From a virus (Duplodnaviria; Caudoviricetes): DNA of 64,000 nt. The position numbers and the translations under genes are program-made. Where the stretch lies: IMG/VR virus record IMGVR_UViG_3300042988_001200; one strand, 5' to 3'. This document shows positions 40,600 to 51,142 of the stretch, piece by piece (positions within the stretch are counted from its first letter, which is position 1; the number at the start of each line of letters is the position of its first letter). A model generated the notes under the pieces. It worked only from the letters and a program-made list of their open reading frames with translations. It did not search any database and had not been told where the DNA came from.

Positions 40600-40992
40600 C
40601 TAGTTATTCTCTATTACCATAGTCTCTTGCATGAATGGTAGAAACACTGGTAGGATAGATAACTTAGGCCCTTCATATAGGGAATTAACAGTAATCTTCC
40701 AATAGGTATTGTCTTTATATATAACTCTAGATAAGTTTCCTATAATTCTGTCTGGGACAATTTCTATATTAATAGGTACAAACACAGAGTATCTTAGATT
40801 ATATTGTTCAGAAGAATATACTCCATCTAGTTCAAATGATACATAAGAGGCTTTATCAAAGGGATAGATAGTAGATAAATCCTTTACTAAATTCTTTAAA
40901 TATCTTTCTAAAAGGTCATTCCCCCTCTCGTAAACCTTGGAATACAACTCCTCAAACTCATTGATTTCTTGCTGTAAATTAAAATCATCCAT
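40600..40992 (-). CDS. hypothetical protein
   Basis: 130-aa ORF. Confidence 0.5.
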   Translation of the reverse strand: MDDFNLQQEINEFEELYSKVYERGNDLLERYLKNLVKDLSTIYPFDKASYVSFELDGVYSSEQYNLRYSVFVPINIEIVPDRIIGNLSRVIYKDNTYWKITVNSLYEGPKLSILPVFLPFMQETMVIENN

Positions 40993-41050
40993 ATAATTAG
41001 ATATATACTTTCTTTAATATTGTTACTAAAATAGCACTTAAACTCTTATT

Positions 41051-41350
41051 TCACTTATCATAGATTGATACAACAAAGGTTAAACATTTAGTTAAGAGCT
41101 TAAGAATCTCTGTAGAATCCTTTTCATTTGATACTAAACCTTCAATAATCTTATCTAATTCACTGTTAATATAAGCCCAGTCTTGATGAAATATACGTTG
41201 TTCTAGAACTTTAACTTTAAGAAGAGCTAATAAATATTTACCAATTAGACCCTTGGAATAGATATTAGAACCATTTTCTATCTCTACAAGTATAGATTTA
41301 ATCTGTTCATTAATAGAAATAGTTAAATCATTATCATTATTAATTGACAT
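41051..41350 (-). CDS. hypothetical protein
   Basis: 99-aa ORF with GAGG RBS. Confidence 0.5.
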   Translation of the reverse strand: MSINNDNDLTISINEQIKSILVEIENGSNIYSKGLIGKYLLALLKVKVLEQRIFHQDWAYINSELDKIIEGLVSNEKDSTEILKLLTKCLTFVVSIYDK

Positions 41351-41389
41351 ATTGTTATTCCTCTTTATTTTCTTTTTATTAGTTTATCA

Positions 41390-41980
41390 CTATTTATATC
41401 TAAGGATAATGGGTTCTAATTGGTTATAGCAATCAGATAACCAATTATCTAGATTAGTATTAGTAGGTAGATTAATAGTGGGGTAGTTATATATATAGTT
41501 CCTACTATCACTATTAAAGTTATAAGGTTCATTAGTATTGGTATTAATCCTTTTCCATTGGCATATAAATAAATCTATATTAGGAAGATTAAGTATAGGT
41601 TGTATCTCCTCTGTAAATCCTCCATCTGTAACAATGTATATACCTCTTTCTTTTACTTCATTAGATAGAACTCTACCAAAGTAGTCTAACCCAAATGTAG
41701 GTTTAATCCACTCTTCACTTATTCTCATAAGTAGTTGTCTAGGAGATAAACCATTAAGTCTAGACCAAGGAGTATCTTTATTAGATTGATAATACTCATC
41801 CCATGTAGGTTTATCAATAGAAGAACAAGTAAGAGCTATATCTATTAATTTAGATTTAAACTCTCTATGGTTAATAGTTATTCCATGTTTAGTATAGAAC
41901 TCTTCATATAGATATTTAAATAATGTATCTTTACCACTACTAGGAGGGCAATTAAATATAAGAACAATAGACTTTTCCAT
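41390..41980 (-). CDS. deoxynucleoside monophosphate kinase
   Basis: P-loop CPPSSGKDT, SPRQLL...EEWIKP.FG...FG, IVTDGGF..E. Confidence 0.8.
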   Translation of the reverse strand: MEKSIVLIFNCPPSSGKDTLFKYLYEEFYTKHGITINHREFKSKLIDIALTCSSIDKPTWDEYYQSNKDTPWSRLNGLSPRQLLMRISEEWIKPTFGLDYFGRVLSNEVKERGIYIVTDGGFTEEIQPILNLPNIDLFICQWKRINTNTNEPYNFNSDSRNYIYNYPTINLPTNTNLDNWLSDCYNQLEPIILRYK

Positions 41981-42032
41981 TTTATTACTTTCTTAAGAGT
42001 AGTATAATAGACATAGTTTAAGTAACATAACT

Positions 42033-42767
42033 ATGTTTAAAGAACTTTTAATTGATGGGGACCAGATAGCACATATAATGGCATATAGGGCTCCTATTGA
42101 TATAGGAAGAGATATTCATTACTATATAAAGAACTTAAAAGAAGAGACTAACTGTAATAAGTCTAAACTCTTTATTCAAGGTCCTGGTAACTATAGACAT
42201 GAACTAGCTACATTAATGCCATATAAAGGTAATAGAAAAAGAGATAATAAAGAGCTAGTAGATGAAATAAGAACCTTAATGGTAAGTGAGTTTAATGCCA
42301 TTAGTGTTAAAGGAGTAGAAACAGATGATGCTCTAGGTCTTAATCAAAGAGATGACACTATTATATGCTCTAGTGATAAAGACCTTAATATGATACCTGG
42401 ATGGCACTTTAATATAAGCAAAGGTAATATCTATAAAGTTAATAAAGAAGAGGGTATAAAGAACTTCTATCTTCAATTATTAACAGGAGATAAAGTAGAT
42501 AACATCCCTGGATTATCAGAGAAGGCTCCTTTAAGAGGTATAGGGCCTAAGACAGCTCAGAAGATATTAAATGGTAAAGATAACGAAAAAGATATGTTTA
42601 ATACCATTAAGGAGTTATATAAGAATAAATATGGAGAGGTTTACTCTTATGAACACTGGAAATCTAAAGAAAGGATTGAGTGTAATTATTTAACAGTATT
42701 AAATGAAAACGCTCAATTATTATGGATTCAACAACGTTATAAAGAAAAATGGCATACACCTCTTTAA
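42033..42767 (+). CDS. 5'-3' exonuclease / RNase H (T7 gp6-like, FEN fold)
   Basis: LLIDGD, NYRHEL...YKGNR, ETDDALG, SSDKDL..IPG, QLLTGDKVDNIPG...GIGPKTA. Confidence 0.9.
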   Translation: MFKELLIDGDQIAHIMAYRAPIDIGRDIHYYIKNLKEETNCNKSKLFIQGPGNYRHELATLMPYKGNRKRDNKELVDEIRTLMVSEFNAISVKGVETDDALGLNQRDDTIICSSDKDLNMIPGWHFNISKGNIYKVNKEEGIKNFYLQLLTGDKVDNIPGLSEKAPLRGIGPKTAQKILNGKDNEKDMFNTIKELYKNKYGEVYSYEHWKSKERIECNYLTVLNENAQLLWIQQRYKEKWHTPL

Positions 42768-42946
42768 TTAAGAATATGACCAAGATTTTAACATCTATAA
42801 AGACTACTAATATCCTGTTGATTATTATCTTATTTCAACTTATATTAGAGAATGTAAGAAATTATGATCTAACTCCTACTACTAATTGTATGGCAGTAGA
42901 TTCTAAGGGTAATTGTTTACCACCAGACCAAGTGCATTCTCCTTAA
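42749..42946 (+). CDS. small membrane protein
   Basis: Single TM NILLIIILFQLIL. Confidence 0.4.
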   Translation: MAYTSLIKNMTKILTSIKTTNILLIIILFQLILENVRNYDLTPTTNCMAVDSKGNCLPPDQVHSP

Positions 42947-42954
42947 TAATCTAT

Positions 42955-42983
42955 ATAATGAAACTATAATCTAGTTTCATTAT
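42955..42983 (+). terminator. 12-bp stem-loop
   Basis: ATAATGAAACTA-TAATC-TAGTTTCATTAT then TTT. Confidence 0.55.
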
Positions 42984-42986
42984 TTT

Positions 42987-43715
42987 ATGATTTATATAAT
43001 TCCTATAGTCTTCTTTCTTATATATGTATGTACTTTTTATTTATTAGATAAAAGGGATAAGGAGCCAATATCTCTTGTGTTATCTATTTGTATATATGGA
43101 GCTTTTTCTGCTTTATTTGTATGTAGATATATACTTCCAGGAGCTAATTTATTTAATATCTCTTTTGTAGAAGAGACTATAAAGTTTATTATTGTTATAA
43201 TTCTATTTCACTCTCTGTCTAAATATGTAAATAACTCTTTTGATTTAATTGTTTATTCATGTTATTCCGCTTTAGGTTTTTCTATAGCGGAATCTCTTTA
43301 TTATTTATATCTAAACCCTAGTCTCTCATTGGCTTTATCTAGGTCTATATTTAGCGTTCTTCATTGTATATGGACAACTATATGTGCTTATGGTTTCTCT
43401 ATATCTGTATCTTTATCTAATCCTATATTCTCTATAGTAGGCATTACTCTTGCTATATTCCTTCATACTCTACATAACTACTTAGCCCTCTTTTCCTTTA
43501 ATTATATATATATCTTTTTCTTTATACTTCAAGTATTTGCTTTATTTATTATATTTAATAATCTAATAAGTAGAGAGATTAAAATTATATCTCTTTATAA
43601 ATCTAAGGACTTATCTAACTCACATATATTAGAAATATATGAGTTAGAACAAAAGAATAAATATATAACTTCTAGATTGAAATATCTATATGCCCTTACC
43701 AAATCCCTCCACTGA
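42987..43715 (+). CDS. PrsW-family intramembrane glutamic protease
   Basis: DKRDKEP, VEETIKF (EExxK), ALGFSIAES (FxxxE), SVLH, IFLHTLHN; multiple TMs. Confidence 0.85.
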   Translation: MIYIIPIVFFLIYVCTFYLLDKRDKEPISLVLSICIYGAFSALFVCRYILPGANLFNISFVEETIKFIIVIILFHSLSKYVNNSFDLIVYSCYSALGFSIAESLYYLYLNPSLSLALSRSIFSVLHCIWTTICAYGFSISVSLSNPIFSIVGITLAIFLHTLHNYLALFSFNYIYIFFFILQVFALFIIFNNLISREIKIISLYKSKDLSNSHILEIYELEQKNKYITSRLKYLYALTKSLH

Positions 43716-45702
43716 TAACTTTTATTTATTAGGTAATGAACAGGATGGTGCTGCCCTGGATATTATTAATAATAAACTTTATATTAGGTCTCATAATTTA
43801 AACCAAGCAGTACCTCTTATATATAATCTACCTACCAATTCCATTCCCTTTGGAGTAGATAATATCTCAGAGTATAGAATCCTTACATCTCCTAATAACT
43901 CTATTGATATAGATATAACCCCTACTGAAATACAGTTAAGGAGCTCTTATAGTGCTCCAGCTCTATCTAACGATAAGATATGGGTAGGTAAAGATAACTT
44001 ACCTACTGAAGTATCTCTTATTAGTTCGGATAATAGTGTAGTTATTACACATGGTCTTAATAGTATAGACCTACGTTCTGTTAGTAGTAGTGTTCCTATT
44101 CCTGCTCTTAGTTCTAATAAAGTATGGTTAGGGGTTCTAAATAACCCTACAGAAGTGGCATTTACTAGTGGGGATAACTCTATTTCAATAGGTCTATCCT
44201 CTACTTTTATAGATATACGAGCTGGTTCTTCTCTATCTCAACTTACTAGTCTAACTACTAATTCCCTATGGATGGGTAATAATAGTAATCAACCTATAGA
44301 GAAATCTATTACTAGTTCTGATAGTTCTATAGTATTTAACCATCTATCTAACTCTTTAGATGTAAGGGTTAGTACCTCTTTATCTCAACTTACTAATCTA
44401 ACTAGTAATAAGATATGGGTTGGTTCTACTAATCTACCTACTGAAATGTCTATAGTTAGTTCAGATTCTAGTATAGATATTAATATTGGAACTAATGAAA
44501 TAGACTTAATAGCTAATGTAAGTTCTGGATTACCTGCTTTAGAGAGTAATAAAGTATGGCTAGGCATTACTGATATTGCTACTCCAGTAACTCTTAATAG
44601 TTCAGATGGGACAGTAGATATAGCTCTAAGTCCTACTTCTATTGACTTTAAAGTAGATAATTCAATAGCTAAACTAGCAGGTCTCACTACTAATAAGGTA
44701 TGGATTGGAGCTTCTAATTTACCAGAAGAAAGGGCATTAAGTAGTTCAGATAGCTCTATTAGTATTACTGTAGGACCTACTTCTATTGACTTTACATCTA
44801 ATGTAAGTTCTGGATTACCCTCTTTAGATACTAATAAGATATGGCTAGGTGTTACTAATGAGGCTACTCCAGTATTTCTAACTAGCTCAGATGGAACTAT
44901 AGATATTACTTTAAGTCCTACTTCTATAGACTTTAAAGTAGATCCATCTATAATTGAATTAACTAGTTTAACTAATAATAAGTTATGGTTAGGGGTTACT
45001 AATCTACCTACAGAGGTAGGGTTAACTAGTTCAGATAACTCTATTATTATTACTATGGGAGCTACTGAAATAGATTTAGTAGCTAATATAACTCCTGAAC
45101 TACCTACTTTAGATACTGGAAAAGTATGGATTGGTGATATTAATGTACCAACTAGTAAGACTTTAACCAGCTCTGATGGGAGTCTAGATATAACTAATGG
45201 AGTTGATTTAGATATTAAAGTTAGTGATTCAATAGTTAGACTAGGTAGCTTAACTACTAATAAAATATGGGTTGGGGTCTCAGATTTACCAGAAGAAAGG
45301 TCCTTAATTAGTTCAGACAGTAGTGTTGATATAAGTATTGGGGCTAGTTCTATAGATATTAAGAGTAGAGATAAGGGTTTGTTATATAGAACTGTGATAT
45401 TTAGTGATACAGGTTCTATTAATCTAGGTACTTTACCCCCTAAATCTTCTATTAGTCATATAAGTATTCAGGTAACAGAGGCGTTTGATGGTACTACTAA
45501 CTTTGTATTAGGAGATACTATTAATAATAACTTATATCTAACAACTGATGACTTTGTTCTTAATACTATAGGAGTTCTATATCTATTTCCTAATAGTATT
45601 ATCCCTACTATAGTTAATACTGATTTAATACTTACTTACTCTAATACTGGTACTACTGAGGGCTCCTTTGTTATCTGTGTTTACTATAATACTAGTCTAT
45701 AA
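43690..45702 (+). CDS. virion fibre with ten ~47-48-aa tandem repeats
   Basis: Repeat consensus LxxNK(I/V)W(V/L)GxxxxPxExxLxSSDxS(I/V)xIxxxxxxIDxx; C-terminal LGTLP...VTEAFDG beta-sandwich typical of virion proteins. Confidence 0.75.
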   Translation: MPLPNPSTDNFYLLGNEQDGAALDIINNKLYIRSHNLNQAVPLIYNLPTNSIPFGVDNISEYRILTSPNNSIDIDITPTEIQLRSSYSAPALSNDKIWVGKDNLPTEVSLISSDNSVVITHGLNSIDLRSVSSSVPIPALSSNKVWLGVLNNPTEVAFTSGDNSISIGLSSTFIDIRAGSSLSQLTSLTTNSLWMGNNSNQPIEKSITSSDSSIVFNHLSNSLDVRVSTSLSQLTNLTSNKIWVGSTNLPTEMSIVSSDSSIDINIGTNEIDLIANVSSGLPALESNKVWLGITDIATPVTLNSSDGTVDIALSPTSIDFKVDNSIAKLAGLTTNKVWIGASNLPEERALSSSDSSISITVGPTSIDFTSNVSSGLPSLDTNKIWLGVTNEATPVFLTSSDGTIDITLSPTSIDFKVDPSIIELTSLTNNKLWLGVTNLPTEVGLTSSDNSIIITMGATEIDLVANITPELPTLDTGKVWIGDINVPTSKTLTSSDGSLDITNGVDLDIKVSDSIVRLGSLTTNKIWVGVSDLPEERSLISSDSSVDISIGASSIDIKSRDKGLLYRTVIFSDTGSINLGTLPPKSSISHISIQVTEAFDGTTNFVLGDTINNNLYLTTDDFVLNTIGVLYLFPNSIIPTIVNTDLILTYSNTGTTEGSFVICVYYNTSL

Positions 45703-45704
45703 AT

Positions 45705-48700
45705 ATGACAACTTATTATATCTCTCCCACTGGCTCTTCTAATGGTTTATCTATTAATAATCCCTCCTCATACTCGACTATCTATCCCTCTCTAATAGAA
45801 GGGGATGAACTTATATTTCTACCAGGTAAGTATAGATTAAATCTACTTATAGATAAACAAATAACTAGCAATAATACTTATATAACTTATAGTTCTCTAA
45901 GGAATCAGGCTAATACTCAGTTCCTAGAGACCTATACAGATATATCTCAGAAGGGTGTTATTGTATCTAAACCCTCTACTATCTATGAAGAGGCTATTAT
46001 TACTGGATGTGAAATTCTTAACCAAGTCTGGACTAATGTATCTGGATTCATATGGAAGACTAATATAACTCTTCCATATGCTAAGGGGTCTAATCAAATA
46101 TTCTATAAGGATGTTCCTCTAGTAGAAGCTAGATATCCCTCTATCTCTAATCTAGAAGAGGAAATATATCATACATCCTATCTAATATCTATAGCAGGCT
46201 CTATTAATGAATCAGATGTTAATGCTGATGGATATCTATGTACCTACTCTAATACCTCTCTATCTTCATTCCCTGATAACTTCTGGAATGGTCATAGTAT
46301 AACCCTTCTCCCTGGAAAGGAGTGGAGGGGTTATATCGGTAAGGTAATAAGTAATATAGGTAGTACCCTAACTTTTAGATTTCAATGGCCCTCTACCTCC
46401 CATTCAGCTCAAGCTGCTAAACCAGAGGCTGATGATTTATTCTATCTATGGGGCTCTTTAGATACATCTCTACTTACTCCTAATAGTTATATATATGACT
46501 CTAATACCCAAGAGTTATATATCTATCTCCCTGATAATAAAGATCCTAATACCTGTGCTATTGGGGAAATAGAGTATAAAGCTAGATTATATGGATTAGA
46601 GTATTCAGGGGTTGTTACAGGTACTAACTCTGCTATTAGATTGGAAGGGCTAAAGTTCTTTAGTTGTGCTCTTCGTACTACTAATGATAGTAGTGGTCTT
46701 AATACTAAATACTGTGACTTTAATTATCTGACTCTAGGTTATGAAGGTACTATAGCTGGATTTGTATTAAGAGGTTCCTCTGGACTTATAGAGAGTTGTA
46801 ACTGGTATGTAGCTGGTAGTAATGGATTAGAATTAAGGGGTAATGGGCATAAGGTTATTAATAATACATTCAATAAGATATCTATTAGACCTACCTCTAC
46901 GCATAGTATTATTTGTTATCCAGATGTATTAGATGACCAGGGTTATAGTCTATTTGCTAACTCTGTATGGGACTTTAGTGCGTGGGGTATTGAATGTAAA
47001 TATAAGCGTTCGGTCATTAATTATAACAACTCTAATCAAGGAGGGGTTTCCTTTAATAGAGTATGGAATGGAAGTAATTGTCTATCAGATACTTCCTTTA
47101 TAGGGTCCTGGGATGCAGGAGACCATAATGGTCTAGTTATCTCCTTTAATATATGCCATGACTCTAAGGATAGAAGGAATATTACTAGTCTATTTAGATT
47201 GGATTCAGGAGGGGGTAAAGGATGTTGGAATGCTGTATTCCACTCTAATATTGCCTATAACTGTAGGAACTTTAATAGTTCTATGTCTATATGGGGCCTT
47301 CTACCCTCTCAATATAATGGAGATTTAAATATAGATGTATATAACAATACAATCTGGGGTGGATTAACTATAGAAAAAGGTTCTGATACTACTAGACAAT
47401 TCACTGGTATAGATATACAAAGGAATATACTTGTAGACTTTGTACCTTTAGTTTCAACTACTCACACTCTTTTAGATAATGATATTCTTAAGGCTTCTTA
47501 TCTTAATAATGTACAAGTAGACCCAGATATAGGTCTTACCTATTGTGACTTTAGACCCTCATATACTAGCTCTATCACTAACACTAGTGCTATAGCTGGT
47601 AACTTTAGTACCTCATATAAGGGAGCTGTTGTTCCTACTATTGTATCTAGTAATTTAGAAAGTCTATACCAGGCTTACCCATTTATCAATGTACCCTTTG
47701 TATCAACAGGTGCTTATTGTGTAGAAGCTATTCACTGGAATGATATAGAAGTAGAACAACTAACTCAATATCCTAATGTAGTTAAAATAACAGGATTACC
47801 TAAAGGTAGGACCCTTCCTCCTCTATGTAACTTATATCTAGGTAGTTCTATATATCTAACTAGATATGAAACAGTAGATGATGATGGTTATTTCACTATA
47901 TGGTACGTTCTACCATTCTCTAGTACCTCCCAACCTTTATATCTATCTATAGGAGGTTTCTATGAGGGATGGAAGGATACTAAAGGGGCTTTAATAAACC
48001 TTAATCTATCTATAATCACTCAACCATCTATAACCTTTACTTCATATCTAGAGGGCACTCTAACTCTTAATACTAAGTCCCTATCTCTAGGGAATAAAAC
48101 AATTATTCCTTTAGCTGTATCAGCCCTCCAATGGGTAAATATAAACTCTAACCCTGTATATATACAAGTCCCTAAAAGCTCTATAGTAGGTTCTCTACAT
48201 AACTATTTAGTTAAGGACTATCAAGATAGAACTCTTAACTCCTGGATAGATAGAGAAACCTCTACTGATTATTACCTATGGATATCTCTAGTAGACACCT
48301 CTATAAGAAGAAATAATTCTCTTATAGACTATTCTCTATATCTAGAACTTTCTAATACTTATGTACCTCATAATAATGTAAATGAGATATTCCCCTCCTT
48401 TGGTCTATCTAGCTTTAAGATATGGCTATCCCCTGATTCTATAAATAGAACAGGTAACTCTATTACCTCTTGGACTAATAAAGGACTCGCTGGTGGTACT
48501 TTTAACCTATCCACTCCATCTACTCTTGATTATGTCTCTACTGGATTAAACTCTATACCAGGAGCCTCCTTCTCTGGAGATGATAGATTACTCCCATCTA
48601 ATATGGGACCTATAGATACAGATTTATATGTAGGTATAGTTGTATATAGAAACCCAGACCCAGGGGCTATTAGAAACCAAAGGATACTTTCTAGTGCTCT

Positions 48701-50663
48701 TACTGGTAATGACTACTCTAGTGGTATATATGTCATACCAGATAACACCTCTGGAGATGTAATAGCCTATCCCTCTGGTAAGTCTAAATTAGTTACATCT
48801 TCCTATGTGGCTAACCCCACTAATCTAACTCTAGGGGGTAACTATAGTAATACTAATGCTAACTATAAAGGAGAGTTATATGAGTTAATAATCTGGGATA
48901 AACCTATAACTCCCTCTCAAAGAAACCCTATCTTAGATAACTACATTCAACCTAAATACTTTAATAACAACATAACTCTAGACCCTGAACCTAATCCCTC
49001 ATTGGGCTCCTTTAACTTCCCTGTATATATAGATGGAGTTCTATATCCAGGGATTCATATAGTTCAGTCACCTATAACCAACTCTCAATCTACATTTACT
49101 CTTACTAACCTACCTCCTCTATCAGAGGGGAATCACTCAGTATCTATTAAAGCCCCTTCTGGCTTTATTAATAACTTCTCATCCTCCTACTCCTCCTATG
49201 ACTTCTCCTTTAACTACTCCTATCAAATATTTATTATGACTCGTATAACTAACCTTATAGGTACTATTACTGATAGATGGTCTATTAAATCTAAGGTTAT
49301 TAAAGATAATTCTACTAACCTCTCCTTTACTGACCTCTCTAACCAACCTACCCCTATTAACTCTAAGGTTACTAATAACCGTATAGTTATTGGTAATAGC
49401 AATAATGAAATGGTGGAGGTAGACCCTAGTACATTATTTATTACACCTAGTTCTACAGTAGATGGAGATATAGAGGGTACTTTATCTACACTTAGTATTA
49501 AGACTAATAGTGTTACAGATAATAAGCTGGGTAATAGAACATTAGACCAGAATATAGGGACTACAGCTTCTAATACTGGAACCCTTACTTCTTTATTATC
49601 CTGGTTAGTAAAGCATGTTAAGTCCATATTAGGGACTACTAACTGGTATGATGCTCCTCCTACTAATCTAACAACTGTATCCTCTCATTTATCTAATACT
49701 AGTAACCCACATGGAGTTACTGGGGCTCAATTAGGATTAGGTTCTATTAGTGTACAAAATAGTGATGCTGTAACTATTACAGGAGGTTCTATTACTGGAG
49801 TAACTTCATTCTTATCATCTTCTAATCCATTAGTATCTGGTACTGCTAGTGCAGGTACATCCAGTCTAGCTAGTAGAGAGGACCATGTTCACCCTGTACC
49901 CTCTGCTAGTTCTATTAATACTTATCTAGGACAGATAGCCGGGTTATCTCCATCTAGTAATAGTATTATCTACTTTAATGGTTCTTCCTGGGTTGTAGAT
50001 AGTATATTAAGTCATATGAATAGGGTTACAGCTACTAATATTATCTTTATAGATGACCATTTCATATGTGGGAGTGTTGCTAGTAATAATGGTTGGACTA
50101 CTACTAGTAGCGCTGGGAGTTCTAGTTTAATTAATAGTGAAGCTGGTCGACCAGGGTTAATACAAATATTTAATAATAGTGGGGGTACAGGTAGTGCTTG
50201 TTTAGGTACTAACTTCACGAATGGTACAGCTAGTGTATTCCTTAATACCACTTCTACTACTCTATCTATCACTAGTAGGATTCAGACCCTATCTGCTACA
50301 GGAGAAGAGTTTGAAGTTAGACTAGGGTTCTTTGATTCTGGTATAGGTTCTATTAATAATGGTGCTTACTTTATAGCTGACCCTACTAGTAACTTCTGGA
50401 GATGTATATATGCTATTGGTGGCTCTTCTACTACTTATACTACTACTGTAGCTCTAGGTACTATATGGAATAAGTTTACTATTAATATAACTAATGGGGG
50501 ATTAAACACTGATTGGTTAATTAATGATGTAGTAGTAGCTTCTCATACGGTAGGTAGTGGTCTATCTACTGGAGTAGGATTTGGTACTTGTATTAGAAAG
50601 ACTGTTGGTACTGCTCAAAGATATGTATATATTGATAGATATACTCTATATCAACTACCTTAA
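45705..50663 (+). CDS. 1652-aa tailspike/depolymerase: right-handed beta-helix + LamG-like domain + fibre segments
   Basis: YYISPTG...GDELIFLPGKY...LVEARYP (GH141-like beta-helix N-terminus); YKGELYELIIWD (LamG); HLSNTSNPHGVT and ASREDHVHP fibre motifs. Confidence 0.75.
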   Translation: MTTYYISPTGSSNGLSINNPSSYSTIYPSLIEGDELIFLPGKYRLNLLIDKQITSNNTYITYSSLRNQANTQFLETYTDISQKGVIVSKPSTIYEEAIITGCEILNQVWTNVSGFIWKTNITLPYAKGSNQIFYKDVPLVEARYPSISNLEEEIYHTSYLISIAGSINESDVNADGYLCTYSNTSLSSFPDNFWNGHSITLLPGKEWRGYIGKVISNIGSTLTFRFQWPSTSHSAQAAKPEADDLFYLWGSLDTSLLTPNSYIYDSNTQELYIYLPDNKDPNTCAIGEIEYKARLYGLEYSGVVTGTNSAIRLEGLKFFSCALRTTNDSSGLNTKYCDFNYLTLGYEGTIAGFVLRGSSGLIESCNWYVAGSNGLELRGNGHKVINNTFNKISIRPTSTHSIICYPDVLDDQGYSLFANSVWDFSAWGIECKYKRSVINYNNSNQGGVSFNRVWNGSNCLSDTSFIGSWDAGDHNGLVISFNICHDSKDRRNITSLFRLDSGGGKGCWNAVFHSNIAYNCRNFNSSMSIWGLLPSQYNGDLNIDVYNNTIWGGLTIEKGSDTTRQFTGIDIQRNILVDFVPLVSTTHTLLDNDILKASYLNNVQVDPDIGLTYCDFRPSYTSSITNTSAIAGNFSTSYKGAVVPTIVSSNLESLYQAYPFINVPFVSTGAYCVEAIHWNDIEVEQLTQYPNVVKITGLPKGRTLPPLCNLYLGSSIYLTRYETVDDDGYFTIWYVLPFSSTSQPLYLSIGGFYEGWKDTKGALINLNLSIITQPSITFTSYLEGTLTLNTKSLSLGNKTIIPLAVSALQWVNINSNPVYIQVPKSSIVGSLHNYLVKDYQDRTLNSWIDRETSTDYYLWISLVDTSIRRNNSLIDYSLYLELSNTYVPHNNVNEIFPSFGLSSFKIWLSPDSINRTGNSITSWTNKGLAGGTFNLSTPSTLDYVSTGLNSIPGASFSGDDRLLPSNMGPIDTDLYVGIVVYRNPDPGAIRNQRILSSALTGNDYSSGIYVIPDNTSGDVIAYPSGKSKLVTSSYVANPTNLTLGGNYSNTNANYKGELYELIIWDKPITPSQRNPILDNYIQPKYFNNNITLDPEPNPSLGSFNFPVYIDGVLYPGIHIVQSPITNSQSTFTLTNLPPLSEGNHSVSIKAPSGFINNFSSSYSSYDFSFNYSYQIFIMTRITNLIGTITDRWSIKSKVIKDNSTNLSFTDLSNQPTPINSKVTNNRIVIGNSNNEMVEVDPSTLFITPSSTVDGDIEGTLSTLSIKTNSVTDNKLGNRTLDQNIGTTASNTGTLTSLLSWLVKHVKSILGTTNWYDAPPTNLTTVSSHLSNTSNPHGVTGAQLGLGSISVQNSDAVTITGGSITGVTSFLSSSNPLVSGTASAGTSSLASREDHVHPVPSASSINTYLGQIAGLSPSSNSIIYFNGSSWVVDSILSHMNRVTATNIIFIDDHFICGSVASNNGWTTTSSAGSSSLINSEAGRPGLIQIFNNSGGTGSACLGTNFTNGTASVFLNTTSTTLSITSRIQTLSATGEEFEVRLGFFDSGIGSINNGAYFIADPTSNFWRCIYAIGGSSTTYTTTVALGTIWNKFTINITNGGLNTDWLINDVVVASHTVGSGLSTGVGFGTCIRKTVGTAQRYVYIDRYTLYQLP

Positions 50664-50713
50664 TATAAAGAAACCCTTCTATTATTTAATCTAGAAGGGT
50701 TTCTTTATATTAA
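50660..50713. terminator. 22-bp bidirectional terminator
   Basis: TTAATATAAAGAAACCCTTCTA-10 nt-TAGAAGGGTTTCTTTATATTAA between convergent blocks. Confidence 0.85.
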
Positions 50714-51142
50714 TTACATAGGGGGGAAGTATTCTTTATCTGCTTTAAATGCTACTTGTTTATTATCTAATGAGCAAAATTCATCATTACAACCTTCATT
50801 TTCATTTACCCAATTAGATATAAAAGTTACTTCTTCTGGAGAATTAATGTTAATTTCTTTACCTAAATACCACCACTTTCCCTCCACCTTAATAATAGTA
50901 ATGGTCTTTTTATCTAAGGATTCTTCATTAAATTCATAGCTATTTACTAGTTTAGAGTTCTTTAATATACTATCTAACCTATCTTTATATTTAGGTTCTA
51001 GAGAAAGTATTACTTCTTTACTTGTATGAAAAAGTTCATCTTTATTAATAAACTGTAAATTCTCTAATAGAATTATTAAAGAATATAAAGAGGAAATACC
51101 TCTTCTAGTCTTAATCTTTACTTGCATATGTCTATTCCTCAA
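50714..51142 (-). CDS. hypothetical protein (last gene of the Ubl cassette transcript)
   Basis: 142-aa ORF with CxxxxC near the C-terminus. Confidence 0.55.
   Translation of the reverse strand: MRNRHMQVKIKTRRGISSLYSLIILLENLQFINKDELFHTSKEVILSLEPKYKDRLDSILKNSKLVNSYEFNEESLDKKTITIIKVEGKWWYLGKEININSPEEVTFISNWVNENEGCNDEFCSLDNKQVAFKADKEYFPPM

Noticed and set aside
43950-45360. Periodic repeats as a CRISPR array
   Set aside because: In-frame degenerate protein repeats with no identical direct repeats or unique spacers; no cas genes.
1840-45705. TATAAATA (T4 late promoter) at 1840, 2622 and 45698 before structural genes
   Set aside because: Expected dozens of times by chance at about 70% AT. Some copies overlap the ATG, and no gp55-like sigma is in the window; it would need TSS data.
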